Positions 51,026 to 63,399 are shown, counted from the first letter of the stretch. The stretch is DNA of 64,000 nt from Dimorphilus gyrociliatus (GCA_904063045.1 CAJFCJ010000013.1:974156-1038155), one strand, 5' to 3'. Program-made: numbers and translations. Notes: generated by a model from the sequence alone, not told the origin.

Positions 51026-51429
51026 ATGATGAACCCTAATAGCTATCAAAAAGTTTCAGAAAAACCTGATAACGATTCAGGATCTACGGATTCTGACATA
51101 TCTTTAGAAGATATGTACTCGTTAACAGATAATGGAGTCAGTATTTATAAAATGATTTTACCAATTTATACTAACGTCTATTCCTATTTCAGAACGTCAA
51201 CAATTCTTCTAAAGGACAAGGCAAGAAAAATAGAGCTTCGCCTTTTCCAACATTATCGGGTGGACCATCGTATCAAGACATTTTCAACATAGATATTCTA
51301 CAAAGCCAAATAGAACATTTACGTCTGAAATTTATATTAACTAGAAACAAACTAAGGGCTGAGGTTAAGTTCCTAAGTAATCTAGAAGAACATATAGATT
51401 CATTACAGAAAGAGATGGGCAAAAAATAA
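51026..51429 (+). CDS. 115-aa protein, acidic N-terminus plus C-terminal coiled coil; 2 exons (51026-51136, 51193-51429)
   Basis: 56-nt intron GTCAGT...TTTCAG. The phase-0 join keeps an open frame to TAA 51427-51429. Confidence 0.6.
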
Positions 51430-51679
51430 TCGTCAGAATATTTCTATTCTTCGAAAATGCTATTGTAATTTTATTTTTTTCGCATTCTGAGAATTAAATA
51501 AAAAAAACAACAAAAAATTTTAAAAACTGGTAAATTTCTCAATTTTTCACTTTCCTTCAAAAGTCTAACGTTTATATACTAAATGGGCCGTCAACTAGAA
51601 AAACTTTGGCTAACTTAATTTTGTAGGGCTCTGTGCATTGCTATCATCTTCCTTTCTGATCACTCTCCTATTTTATTCG

Positions 51680-51721
51680 AGGAGAATCGTCTGATACTTG
51701 TAGCATCGTATGACCGTATAC
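51680..51721 (-). pseudogene. Degenerate 5' fragment of a 5S rRNA gene with its upstream TATA-like box
   Basis: Minus strand reads GTATACGGTCATACGATGCTACAAGTATCAG versus canonical GTATACGGCCATACGACGTTACAAGCACCGG. Upstream AGACTATT and TATAAATAGC are conserved. Confidence 0.75.
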
Positions 51722-52689
51722 AATAGTCTTCACAGCTATTTATATAACACTTATAACTAACCCCATTCTTCTCATATTATTACAAGAACATCGACTCGAA
51801 TAAAATACTCAATATAAAGTAAAGTGACTTCAACGGCATCGGTGATATTACTAGACTCTTTTTTTTGCGCATTCTGTTGATGAACTATTGCTCTTCTATA
51901 ATATCTTAAGACGAAGTTCGCACTAAGATATTACTCTTCTTTTCTCCATGAAAATGAGAAGAGGGATATTATTGTGTCAAAATATTTTCCACTCATTATC
52001 ATTTAGACGGACGTGAAGTGAGGTATGATCGAGAGCTGTTGGAGAAGGAGTTCACTAGGCTTCTAAGACAAATTCGGATGATAAAGGATGAAAGGGAAAA
52101 TTGATCGCCGGCATTGTTTCTGCTGAGAGATACATTTTGATTTTTGTATTGAATGATCTTATCGTTGAAAAGTTTACGTATTTTGTTTGATTATTAATAA
52201 ACAATAGCGCTCAGTCAGGGAGACGATCGAATGTATCCTTATGATGTTACTAACACTGATTCTCTTCTAATCAGCGAAGTACGATGGAATACGACCTAAT
52301 TATAATAATTTGGGAAGAACTGGGGAACAAATTTTCAATCCTTTTCTTTTCTGGAACAAAAATACGGCAGTTAATATGAGGAAAAGAAATATCTAAATGG
52401 AAAATAACATAGACTGAATTGCAGAAGTATTAGATTTTGCTGATGAGAGGAGCATAATTTCTTCTATCTACAAAAAACTTTTTAACAAGAGAAAACATTG
52501 TTATTAAATGCAGTTTTCATCATTCGAGAACGAAAAAAAACAGTAAAACTCATAATACGCACAAAAGTGTAATTCCTTTGATTAGATATAAAGACTGTAT
52601 GAGAAAGAAGAAGGCAAAAAAGTCAAAAGAATGTTGCAAGAACATATGAAAGAGAGGAGAGTTGATAGTTGAAGAAAAAAAAGAAAAAA

Positions 52690-52808
52690 AGAATACGGCA
52701 CCCAGTGTTCCCAGGCGGTCTCCCATCCAAGTACTGACTGGGCCGTACGTCATTTAACTTCGGTGATCGGACGAGAACCGGTGCTTGTAACGTCGTATGG
52801 CCGTATAC
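52690..52808 (-). rRNA. 5S: 5S rRNA, canonical type
   Basis: 119-nt 5S (GTATACGGCCATAC...GATCACCGAAGTTAA...AGTACTTGGATGGGAGACCGCCTGGGAA...) followed by an oligo-T terminator. Confidence 0.97.
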
Positions 52809-52994
52809 AATTGACTACTTAAATTTGCACTATTTATACAATAACTATTTTTAACCTTCTTTACTTTAAATCTGTCTAACAATATAATGGAATATCGTTG
52901 TCGTAGTCTACAAATGGGAGCATATATTAAAACGTGATAGGTATTGCGTTTCATGACTATTGGTTTTCCATTCACGGAGCATCATCATACGATT

Positions 52995-53176
52995 TAGCAT
53001 CATCATCAATCTTTTCGACAAGAACGATATAGTTATCGCCAGAGTCAAAACCTAGATAGTGGCTGATCTAACATTGGCTTTTGAACAAAGGCCATAGTTT
53101 ATTGAAGATGTGCAGAGGAAGAAGATGGAAAAGTATTGGGATATCGTTCTTGTCGAAAAGATTGATGATGATGCTA
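52995..53176. repeat. Perfect 36-bp inverted repeat with a 110-bp spacer (possible TA-flanked MITE or fold-back)
   Basis: 52995-53030 TAGCATCATCATCAATCTTTTCGACAAGAACGATAT is the exact reverse complement of 53141-53176. Confidence 0.9.
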
Positions 53177-53869
53177 TGTCGTCGAAGAATTCCGATAGAG
53201 TGATAAAGATGGTGTCGGATGACCCCACTGACGTCGTCTCACTACTAACGAAGGCATATAAACTCTGCTGGGCATCTTACAAGTCTACACGAGAATACTC
53301 ATGGAATGCTAGACTTTACAATGTTCTAATCGTATTGTACCGGCACACAGGGTCGGTAAGAGGCACTTGCCTAATATAATTAACATAGGAGAAGTTACTC
53401 CAATAGAATCAGAAAAAGACACCAACAGCGGAGATACGATATGGAAACAGTAATGTCAAGCAAATTGAAAGTGACTCTTAACTCTTTGTTTAATTGTACT
53501 ATTTCTCATATTTTCTTAATTATAAGTAAGAAATGCTTACGTTTTTGTCTTAAACTTTTACTCACTCCAACTTCACTCGATTTTCTCCAACTTGTCGATC
53601 TATGTGATAACGATAATCAAGCGAAAGATTAATATTATATACATTTCTTTCCGTATTTTTCGTGGAGTGAAGAAGAGTAATATCACATTGATAACTAAGG
53701 TGAAAGATATTGTAGGACGTCGATAAAAGTTCCCTCAAAGAATACGCATATTGTAGATCATAGTAATGCCATCTATAGTTTTTAAGTCGTTTTTCTGGTT
53801 TTTTGAGTATTTTAACGAAGTCGATACTCTTTTAAGGATATGAAGAAAAAATGGTAGATATAGGTGTTG

Positions 53870-53899
53870 TATAAATAGCGCAAATCTAAGTAGACTATT
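53870..53899 (+). promoter_or_regulatory. Conserved -30 TATA-like element upstream of canonical 5S genes (example copy)
   Basis: TATAAATAGCGCAAATCTAAGTAGACTATT directly precedes +1. A similar TATAAAT/TTTAAAT box lies at about -30 of the canonical copies. Confidence 0.75.
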
Positions 53900-54018
53900 G
53901 TATACGGCCATACGACGTTACAAGCACCGGTTCTCGTCCGATCACCGAAGTTAAATGACGTACGGCCCAGTCAGTACTTGGATGGGAGACCGCCTGGGAA
54001 CACTGGGTGCCGTATTCT
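53900..54018 (+). rRNA. 5S: 5S rRNA, canonical type
   Basis: Identical 119-mer plus T-run. Confidence 0.97.
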
Positions 54019-54228
54019 TTTTATCTTTTTTTTCTTCTCTTTCTCTCAATTTTTCTTCCTTTCCTATAAAATGAAATATTTACGAGAGGTCTTCGAATGT
54101 TTTCTTTATGATTCAACGAGAAAACCATGTCATTAACATTTTTTGACATGAATTGAAAGAAGAGATTTTGTGTCTATTGGACTTAATGCTATATTTGATA
54201 CATGAACCTTAACATAGGCTACCTTATT

Positions 54229-54347
54229 GTATACGGCCATCTGACGTTACAAACACCGGTTCTCGTCCGATCACCGAAGTTAAATGACGTACAGCCCAGT
54301 CAGTACTTGAGTAGGAGACTTTCTGGGAACACTGGGTGCCGTATTCT
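54229..54347 (+). rRNA. 5S: 5S rRNA, variant type
   Basis: 10 substitutions relative to canonical, mostly compensatory in helices II and IV. T-run terminator present. Confidence 0.9.
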
Positions 54348-54716
54348 TTTTATCTTCTTTTATATTCCGTTTATTTTTCAACTAAAGTTCAACGTTATTT
54401 TCATTTTATTTTTGATTATTAAAGATTGAATTTACTTTCAATCTTAGAATATTCGAAAAGTTGCAGATCTTCTCATTCGTGTTTGTAATCTTTTCGCAAT
54501 GATTTTCGCAAACTTTGCTGATTTTTCGTTGACTTTATTAATTCTGTCACATCTTTATCGTCAATATGAATATGAGTACTAAAAATGAATTAGAGGATAA
54601 AAACTAAAGACAACAACAGGGAATGAATGACTGAGAAAGGAAAAAAGAGAAAAAAGAATAAGGCACCACAGGAAAAAGACAGATGGTGGAAAGAAAGTAG
54701 AAGAAAAAAATGAAAA

Positions 54717-54835
54717 AGAATACGGCACCCAGTGTTCCCAGGCGGTCTCCCATCCAAGTACTGACTGGGCCGTACGTCATTTAACTTCGGTGATCGGACG
54801 AGAACCGGTGCTTGTAACGTCGTATGGCCGTATAC
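54717..54835 (-). rRNA. 5S: 5S rRNA, canonical type
   Basis: Identical 119-mer. Confidence 0.97.
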
Positions 54836-55436
54836 AATTGACTACTTAGATTTGCGCTATTTATACGACATCTATATTTAATTATATTCACCCCAAGTCG
54901 TTTACGTTTCCTTTGAATTGTATATTGCAGTAATCGCTCAATGTTTATTATACTAGTTTATTTAGCAAATAAAGATTACTCTTTTTTCGTATAAATATGC
55001 AAATGCAATCATATTAAGTTATCGAACAAAGTCATATCATAAAGACTAGGTACCGTATTTTTTTTTCTTTTTTTCCTCTCTATTCTCCTCTTGACTCTCT
55101 ATCCGACTAGTACAAATGGTTGAAACTCTGTTATACGGTCAAACGATGTGTTCTTTTTGTTTTTTTCTTTCTTCTTGAGCTCTCTTAAAATTTCACAAGC
55201 GTCTTCTCAGATTTTTACTTGAAATAGAAGAGTGATAAACTCAAGCAAGTTAGGCTAATGATGATTGAAAGGTGAAATGTTGCTGCCATTTGCAGACGAA
55301 AACAACGATGTTTCACTATATTGTTAAAAAGATTTAAGAGATTGAAGGTTAAATATATCTGTTGTATAAATAGCGTAAAGTTAAGCACAGTGTTGTATAG
55401 GTGCTGTATAAATAGTGCATAGTTAAGTAGTCAATT

Positions 55437-55555
55437 GTATACGGCCATACGACGTTACAAGCACCGGTTCTCGTCCGATCACCGAAGTTAAATGACGTAC
55501 GGCCCAGTCAGTACTTGGATGGGAGACCGCCTGGGAACACTGGGTGCCGTATTCT
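55437..55555 (+). rRNA. 5S: 5S rRNA, canonical type (upstream TATA element duplicated)
   Basis: Identical 119-mer. TGTATAAATAG occurs twice upstream (about 55365 and 55405). Confidence 0.97.
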
Positions 55556-57081
55556 TTTTCTTTTTTTTCTTCTGTTTTCCTTCCGTTCCCTGTCTTTTTC
55601 TTCTTAATCTTAATTTTTTATCCACGACCAATCATTTTGATTTCATTTTCTTTTTCCGCCAGTCTTTCTTCATGCTCTTTAAGCCATACATTTTTGCGAG
55701 ATGACAGAAAGAGGAGACTTTTTAAAAGATGTTGAAGGAAATAATTTTCGTTCATCTATTGAAGTTGTCTGTTGTATAACTCAGCGTGTATTTCTATGTA
55801 AGACATTTGGTATTGCTCATATATGTAATTGAGCGATAGTTGTTTTTTTCCTTCATTATATTTGATTTGCATTACACTACTGTATTTTCGGCGTTTACGC
55901 TGTTTCGAGAATCGATGCTCAAGTACTGATGCTTGTGATGTGTATCCTTTTACATATATATATATTTGCTTCTAATTTTCGCTTTGCTGGCGAAATCGAA
56001 TGAAAATATTGTTGTCAAAAAGGGATGTTAAACTGAGATTCTGATTTGAAAAAATGCGTGTTATGATGAGGAATTGTTATCAAGTAAATATTATAGTAAA
56101 CCACTTTGTGTTTTAACGCCAAAGTATAACAAGAGTTTCTTCCTTTGTTTCTCTTAAAAAGATTTGTTGACCGCACTTTTTCATCACTATTAAATAATCA
56201 GTGAGAAGTGTCAATGACTTTACCTTAACGTTATAGAATAGTAGATAATTGGTTAATAATACCCTCTATAGTATGGTTGAAATAAATATTAGGATTTGTA
56301 AGGTTAAGAATCCATTGGATAAATGGCCCAAAAATTGACGTGGAGTGAATATGATTTTTTAAAACTAAATAACATAACCAAACTTGGAAATTTAATAAAG
56401 AGGGAAGTGCTAAAGTAAACTTAGTTTTCAAAGACGATATCAATAAAATAATTATAGTACCATGATAATGTAGGATTTAGGGCAACTAAATTTAGGATTT
56501 ATGAAAATATTAGAATAAATATTAGATTTATTAAAATACTCAAATGCTTCTAGTAGATGCTATGCTTGCGTTTCAACAATATTTAATACTTGAGAAACTT
56601 AGTTAGATTTGTTTATGAATACTTTTAGTAGCAAGGTAGACTAACTACTGTCACTGTCAAAGTGCTCCGCTATCTATCATAACATTTCAGGCTTGATACA
56701 AAAACTGTATACAAATTGATATAAAATATATAGGAAATTTCCTAAACAAGCATAACCGAAAGCTAAAAATTAAAAGAGCAAGAGCTATGTTAACAATGGA
56801 AATGTGCCTATAAATTTCTGGCAAGAAATTAGAATAATGAAAGGTGAAAAGTAAATCTAACAGCCAGTAATGTTTCTGTTGACAGATAAGCTTACAATTT
56901 CATTATTAAATGATGTTATTGTTGAAAAGTTTAAATTTTTTTAAAAATTGTGATAAAGTGAAGCCTATGCCGCCATTTGTAGGTGAAGACAAAAACGTTC
57001 CATTATATTGTTAAAAAGTTTTAAGAGAAAGAAGATTAAATATAAGTGTTCTATAAATAGCGGAAAGTAAAGTAGTCAATT

Positions 57082-57200
57082 GTATACGGCCATACGACGT
57101 TACAAGCACCGGTTCTCGTCCGATCACCGAAGTTAAATGACGTACGGCCCAGTCAGTACTTGGATGGGAGACCGCCTGGGAACACTGGGTGCCGTATTCT
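57082..57200 (+). rRNA. 5S: 5S rRNA, canonical type
   Basis: Identical 119-mer. Confidence 0.97.
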
Positions 57201-57569
57201 TTTTCATTTTTTTCTTCTACTTTCTTTCCACCATCTGTCTTTTTCCTGTGGTGCCTTATTCTTTTTTCTCTTTTTTCCTTTCTCAGTCATTCATTCCCTG
57301 TTGTTGTCTTTAGTTTTTATCCTCTAATTCATTTTTAGTACTCATACTCATATTGACGATAAAGATGTGACAGAATTAATAAAGTCAACGAAAAATCAGC
57401 AAAGTTTGCGAAAATCTTTGCGAAAAGATTACAAACACGAATGAGAAGATCTGCAACTTTTCGAATATTCTAAGATTGAAAGTAAATTCAATCTTTAATA
57501 ATCAAAAATAAAATGAAAATAACGTTGAACTTTAGTTGAAAAATAAACGGAAAATAAAAGAAGATAAAA

Positions 57570-57688
57570 AGAATACGGCACCCAATGTTCCCAGAAAGTC
57601 TCCTACTCAAGTACTGACTGGGCTGTACGTCATTTAACTTCGGTGATCGGACGAGAACCGGTGTTTGTAACGTCAGATGGCCGTATAC
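57570..57688 (-). rRNA. 5S: 5S rRNA, variant type
   Basis: Same 10 changes plus C104T (G-U wobble in helix V). Confidence 0.9.
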
Positions 57689-57900
57689 AATAAGGTAGCC
57701 TATGTTAAGGTTCATGTATCAAATATAGCATTAAGTCCAATAGACACAAAATCTCTTCTTTCAATTCATGTCAAAAAATGTTAATGACATGGTTTTCTTG
57801 TTGAATCATAAAGAAAACATTCGAAAAACTTCCCGTAAATATTTCATTTAATAGGAAAGGGAGAAAAATTAAGAGAAAGAGAAGAAAAAAAAAGATAAAA

Positions 57901-58019
57901 AGAATACGGCACCCAGTGTTCCCAGGCGGTCTCCCATCCAAGTACTGACTGGGCCGTACGTCATTTAACTTCGGTGATCGGACGAGAACCGGTGCTTGTA
58001 ACGTCGTATGGCCGTATAC
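57901..58019 (-). rRNA. 5S: 5S rRNA, canonical type
   Basis: Identical 119-mer. Confidence 0.97.
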
Positions 58020-58627
58020 AATTGACAACATAAATTTGCGCTATTTATACGACATTTATATTTAATTACATTCACCCCAAGTCGTTTAAGTTTCCGTTGA
58101 ATTGTATATTACAGTAATCGGCTTAATGTTTATTATACTAGTTTATTAACTTTACGCCATTTATACAACAATCATATCAAACTTCTTTCAACCTAGGAAC
58201 ATCAACTCAAAAAAAATGCTTAAAAAAAGCAAAGTGATTTCGATGGTATAAGTGATATAGACGCTTTTAAATGCGTATTTTTAAAAAAACCTCTTATTGA
58301 TATTACAGTTTTTTCCTCCACCAAAATGATAAAAAGAGCTTAGTACAATAAATTATCACCCACTCGATTATCGCTAATATCTAAATCGATAAGTTGGAGA
58401 AAATCGAGTGAAGTTGGAGTAACTAGAAGATTTTTCCGTAAAATTTCAAAATAAAAATCTGACATACTGGAAGTTGAAGGCTAAAACTGAACGATTGCCT
58501 CGATTTGGTTGACAGATATGTTTCCGTTGTTTTATTTAATGAAGATATTACTGAAATATTCATGTTTTATGAATAATTTTTATAAATGTACATGTGGTAT
58601 AAATAGCGAAAAGTTAAGTAGTCAATT

Positions 58628-58746
58628 GTATACGGCCATACGACGTTACAAGCACCGGTTCTCGTCCGATCACCGAAGTTAAATGACGTACGGCCCAGTC
58701 AGTACTTGGATGGGAGACCGCCTGGGAACACTGGGTGCCGTATTCT
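58628..58746 (+). rRNA. 5S: 5S rRNA, canonical type
   Basis: Identical 119-mer. Confidence 0.97.
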
Positions 58747-59006
58747 TTTACCCACTTTTTCGCCTTCTTCTTTCTCTCCAAACTCTCTCTTATTTATTCT
58801 AATCGAATTATCTATGATAAGTAAGACCCTGTTGTATTTTTTTGGTTTTATTAGTTTATCTTTGTTTATCACCTTACCACATTTTCCTCAAATTTTTCTT
58901 TCAATTAAAAACTGACTAATAAGAAGAGAATCTCTTTATAATCTTCATTTTTCATCGTTTATAGATGAAAGAGAACTGAAAAGGGCCAGAAGTCATATTC
59001 TATGTA

Positions 59007-59445
59007 GATGAATCTCCCATCTCGACTCCTTCGTTGATTTTACAAGTCAAACACGTTTCCGGATTGTAAGTCGAACTTTCGTAAGTAGTGAAGCATCTCG
59101 AGCAAATAAACTTTGCCGAGGTTATGCTTACTTTTCGACCTTCGCCTTTCGGAATAGTTCTCAATCTAAGATAAGTTTCGAGCTGATCCTCATTGTAGAC
59201 TCTCGCCGCAACCTTAGCTGGTAAATTTAAGCAAGCGCTGCCCATGAACGGTTTCGTATCGAAAGCTGCTTCGCAAGGCGAACATCCAATACCTGTTCAA
59301 CAAAAACGGATATATTAATAAAACTCTTATCTATTAGTTGAAAAAAATCTTACTATGATTAAACGAAGAGTTGATTTCCCATTGAATATACTTTAAACCT
59401 TCAACCCAATTATCAGTAAAATCACTTTTCATTTTCATCCAGCTA
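59007..59445 (-). pseudogene. Inverted 439-bp duplicate of part of the integrase-derived gene (49664-50102), intron included
   Basis: The reverse complement matches end to end with no mismatch seen by eye, including intron 49756-49816. Confidence 0.95.
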
Positions 59446-59765
59446 GCGCAACATAAAGCAAATTTTTTGATAAAATGAAAAAATGAAACACTTTTCGTTG
59501 AAATGTAAATGGTTGTCCGCAAACAATATCTCTCTTTAAACTACTCGTTCAGCTGTAAAAATGATAACTTCATTGTACGAACAAGAACTGATTCTATGAA
59601 TGTCTTGCAGCGAAAATTTCTACATTGAATTAACGTCAAAAAATGTTAATCAAATGGTTTTCTCGTTTAATCATAAAGAAAATATTCGAAAAACTTCCCG
59701 TAAATATTTCATTTAATAGGAAAGGGAGAAAAATTAAGAGAAAGAGAAGAAAAAAAAAGAATAAA

Positions 59766-59884
59766 AGAATACGGCACCCAGTGTTCCCAGGCGGTCTCCC
59801 ATCCAAGTACTGACTGGGCCGTACGTCATTTAACTTCGGTGATCGGACGAGAACCGGTGCTTGTAACGTCGTATGGCCGTATAC
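59766..59884 (-). rRNA. 5S: 5S rRNA, canonical type
   Basis: Identical 119-mer. Confidence 0.97.
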
Positions 59885-60536
59885 AACAGACTGCTTAATT
59901 TTACGGTATTTATACCAATTTTAATTTTTTTAAATTATTTATACAACATGAAAACTTTACAGTTAATATCTTTAAGTAAGAAAACGAAAATATATCTATC
60001 ACAAGAAACCACGTGAGCTTTTAGTTTTCGTCTTCATCTTTCATCATCCTAGTTTCTTTAGAAGCTTTTCAGAAACTTAATAAACACTCAATCTCACTTC
60101 AAACACATTCGACTAACTTTCGTACATCTAGATAATAATGATAATCGGATGGAAAACTTTTCTATTATATACAGTTCTCTTTGTTATTTTCGTGAAGAAA
60201 AAAGAAGTGTTTTATAATTGTCAAATTAGGTGCAAGATATTGTCGGAGCTTAAAAGGTATTCGTCTAAAAACATGCGCTGAATAAAAAGTCTAGCAATAT
60301 CACAGATGCTATTAAAATCATTTTGTTTTATTTTGAGCATTTTATTAGACTCGATATTCGTATACGATTTAAAAAGAATGAGGTTAGTGGTAGATAAAGA
60401 ACTGAACTCCGGTGTTGTTTCTGTTGATACATAGCTTTTGATTTGATATTGAATGATATGAATTAAAGTTCACATTATTCAAAGAATTTAATGAACCCAT
60501 ATGTGATATAAATAGCCCATAGTCAAGTAGACTATT

Positions 60537-60655
60537 GTATACGGCCATACGACGTTACAAGCACCGGTTCTCGTCCGATCACCGAAGTTAAATGACGTAC
60601 GGCCCAGTCAGTACTTGGATGGGAGACCGCCTGGGAACACTGGGTGCCGTATTCT
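60537..60655 (+). rRNA. 5S: 5S rRNA, canonical type
   Basis: Identical 119-mer. Confidence 0.97.
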
Positions 60656-61223
60656 TTTACCTCTTTTTTCGTGAATTTTCTGTCCGTTCACTGTCGTTTT
60701 CCTCTCAATCTTTATTCATTTTCCTCGATAAGTCATTTCGATTGTATTTTTTCAACGAACCAAAAGATGTCTGAGCTATATTTCAGAAGAAAAGATGTTG
60801 AAGATATTGTATGTAAAGTTGAAATAATCACTTTGCCTAAACTGACTTTTCTGCTGACTTCGGCCAACTTTTCCTATTTTTGATCTCTCAATTTATCTCT
60901 TTTTTTGGATTCTATTTCCATTTCTTCTATCTGTTTACGCATACGCCTTTTCTCTTAGAGTTTTCTTTAACTGTATAAAACTATCTAGAAGGCGACAATA
61001 TATATTAAACGAAGAAACATAAAAATGTATTTCTATATAAAAAAAGAAACGAGTCGTCCATAGTGTTGAATCTGTTTTGAGAGTCCAATTGTGCTAGAAA
61101 GCAAACCAGTTGGTTTTGAAATCAGTGATAAACGATTTTCTTTGAGTAACGGAAACATCACTGAAAACTAAAATGGAACACATATGAAAGTTAGGACAGT
61201 TGACTGTTGAAAAAAAGACAAAA

Positions 61224-61244
61224 AGAATACGGCACCCAGTATAC
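61224..61244 (-). pseudogene. 5S gene with a 98-nt internal deletion (only the two ends remain)
   Basis: The plus strand AGAATACGGCACCCAGTATAC fuses the 3' end to the 5' end over a shared GT. The terminator A-run and upstream AATAGTCTACTT...TTTAAA flank remain. Confidence 0.9.
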
Positions 61245-61670
61245 AATAGTCTACTTAAATTTATGATATTTAAATGCAGTATAATTAATACCTAGTGACG
61301 TTTTAAAGATATTCTCCCCAAATAGCTTATGGTAATAGTCAATTCAGAAAGTAAAAAGAAAAAGAAAAGAAAAAAGGCAAAATTGACTTCACAGATAACG
61401 ATTTCAACATTCTCCATTCAATCTCTCAATCTCATTTAAATTTGCTGCATTATTGAAGTCATGTTCCCCTTGTTTAATGGTAGTTAATGCACATTGATAA
61501 ATTATCGATATTGTCAACCGTTTCTGAATATTGGATTTAACTAAATTTTATGATTCAACAAGAAAACCATGTCATTAACATTTTTTGACATGAATTGAAA
61601 GAAGAGATTTTGTGTCTATTGGACTTAATGCTATATTTGATACATGAACCTTAACATAGGCTACCTTATT

Positions 61671-61789
61671 GTATACGGCCATCTGACGTTACAAACACCG
61701 GTTCTCGTCCGATCACCGAAGTTAAATGACGTACAGCCCAGTCAGTACTTGAGTAGGAGACTTTCTGGGAACATTGGGTGCCGTATTCT
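61671..61789 (+). rRNA. 5S: 5S rRNA, variant type
   Basis: Same variant as 57570-57688. Confidence 0.9.
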
Positions 61790-62158
61790 TTTTATCTTCT
61801 TTTATATTCCGTTTATTTTTCAACTAAAGTTCAAAGTTATTTTCATTTTATTTTGAATTATTAAAGATTGAACTCACTTTCAATCTTAGAATATTCGAAA
61901 AGTTGCGGATCTTCTCATTCATGTTTGTAATCCTTTCGCAATGATTTTCGCAAAGTTTGCTGATTTTTCGTAGACTTTATTTATTCTGTCACATCTTTAT
62001 CGTCAATATGAAAATGAGTACTAAAAATGAATTAGAGGATAAAAACTAAAGACAACAACAGGGAATGAATGACTGAGAAAGGAAAAAAGAGAAAAAAGAA
62101 TAAGGCACCACAGGAAAAAGACAGATGGTGGAAAGAAAGTAGAAGAAAAAAATGAAAA

Positions 62159-62277
62159 AGAATACGGCACCCAGTGTTCCCAGGCGGTCTCCCATCCAAG
62201 TACTGACTGGGCCGTACGTCATTTAACTTCGGTGATCGGACGAGAACCGGTGCTTGTAACGTCGTATGGCCGTATAC
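62159..62277 (-). rRNA. 5S: 5S rRNA, canonical type
   Basis: Identical 119-mer. Confidence 0.97.
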
Positions 62278-63117
62278 AACAGTCTACTTAGATTTGCGCT
62301 ATTTATACAACAGCTATATTTAACCTTTTTTCTTCATATTCTTACAGAACATTGACTCCAACAAATAATGGCAGAGAGTCCTTTCTATCACTGACGTATA
62401 AAAGTATTTTTTTTAAATTTTAAGTACTTGCAATTCTTATATTAAAAAATATTGACAAACCAATTCTATTGCCCTTTTTGCAATGTAACATATTTTTCTT
62501 ATCTAGTTTGTATTACAAAAATTTTCAGTTTTATTAAAGAAAAGTTGCTCTCTTATTGAGTGATCTATTGAGTAGTAGATAATGTGTTAAATAGAGACTT
62601 TTAAAACAAGAACGTAAGCATTTCTTACATATAATTAAGAAAATATAATTAAGAATTTAAGAGTGACTTTCAATTTGCTTGGGGTTACTGTTCGAATGTC
62701 TTTTTCTTATTCTATTGTCAACTGATAATGTAATCCCTGTCATATTTTAATATAGGCGATATTGGTCGAGCATAGGGTTACACTTTCGGCAGCTTCCATT
62801 AATCTGGAAGAGTAATTTATATTCATAAGATAAAGACTATAACATTTTTGTGGTAGATCTCAAATGGCTTATAGTAGTTCGATTGTTGAGCTTCAATAGT
62901 TTGGATATGAGCCGGGATTGTCAATAGTTTGACAGATATTGGATTCGTAAAGACAATGTAATGACTAGAAGAGAGCAGAAGGAAAAAAATGTAATGGAAA
63001 ATGAAGTGAAAATCATCATTAGTTGAAAGAATTAAGTTTATGAGTTTTGTACAGAAATCTAGAATGACAGTTTTGAGAGGCAAAGAGAACGAAATTAGAA
63101 AGAAAGCAGTCGAAAAA

Positions 63118-63236
63118 AGAATACGGCACCCAGTGTTCCCAGGCGGTCTCCCATCCAAGTACTGACTGGGCCGTACGTCATTTAACTTCGGTGATCGGAC
63201 GAGAACCGGTGCTTGTAACGTCGTATGGCCGTATAC
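63118..63236 (-). rRNA. 5S: 5S rRNA, canonical type
   Basis: Identical 119-mer. Confidence 0.97.
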
Positions 63237-63399
63237 AATAGTCTACTTAACTATGCGCTATTTAAACAGCATCTGTATCTACCATTTTTTCTTCATATCC
63301 TTAAAAGAGTATCGACTTCGTTAAAATACTCAAAAAAACAGAAAAATGACTTAAAAGCTATAGATGGCATTCCTATGATCTACAATATGCGTATTATTT

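Larger units (their letters stand above)
57082..58019. repeat. Inverted duplicate of the three-gene 5S module 53900-54835; a third, direct partial copy at 61547-62277
   Basis: Spacers 54020-54228 and 54348-54716 recur reverse-complemented with few mismatches. Confidence 0.92.

Noticed and set aside
56231-57000. Possible decayed LINE fragment (NFWQEIRIMKG)
   Set aside because: A single weak motif in heavily interrupted frames is not enough to call.
52550-63158. Repeated small ORFs (MTYGPVSTWMGDRLG..., MNLNIGYLIVYGHL..., MDGRPPGNTGCR...)
   Set aside because: Spurious translations of 5S rRNA genes and their T-rich flanks.
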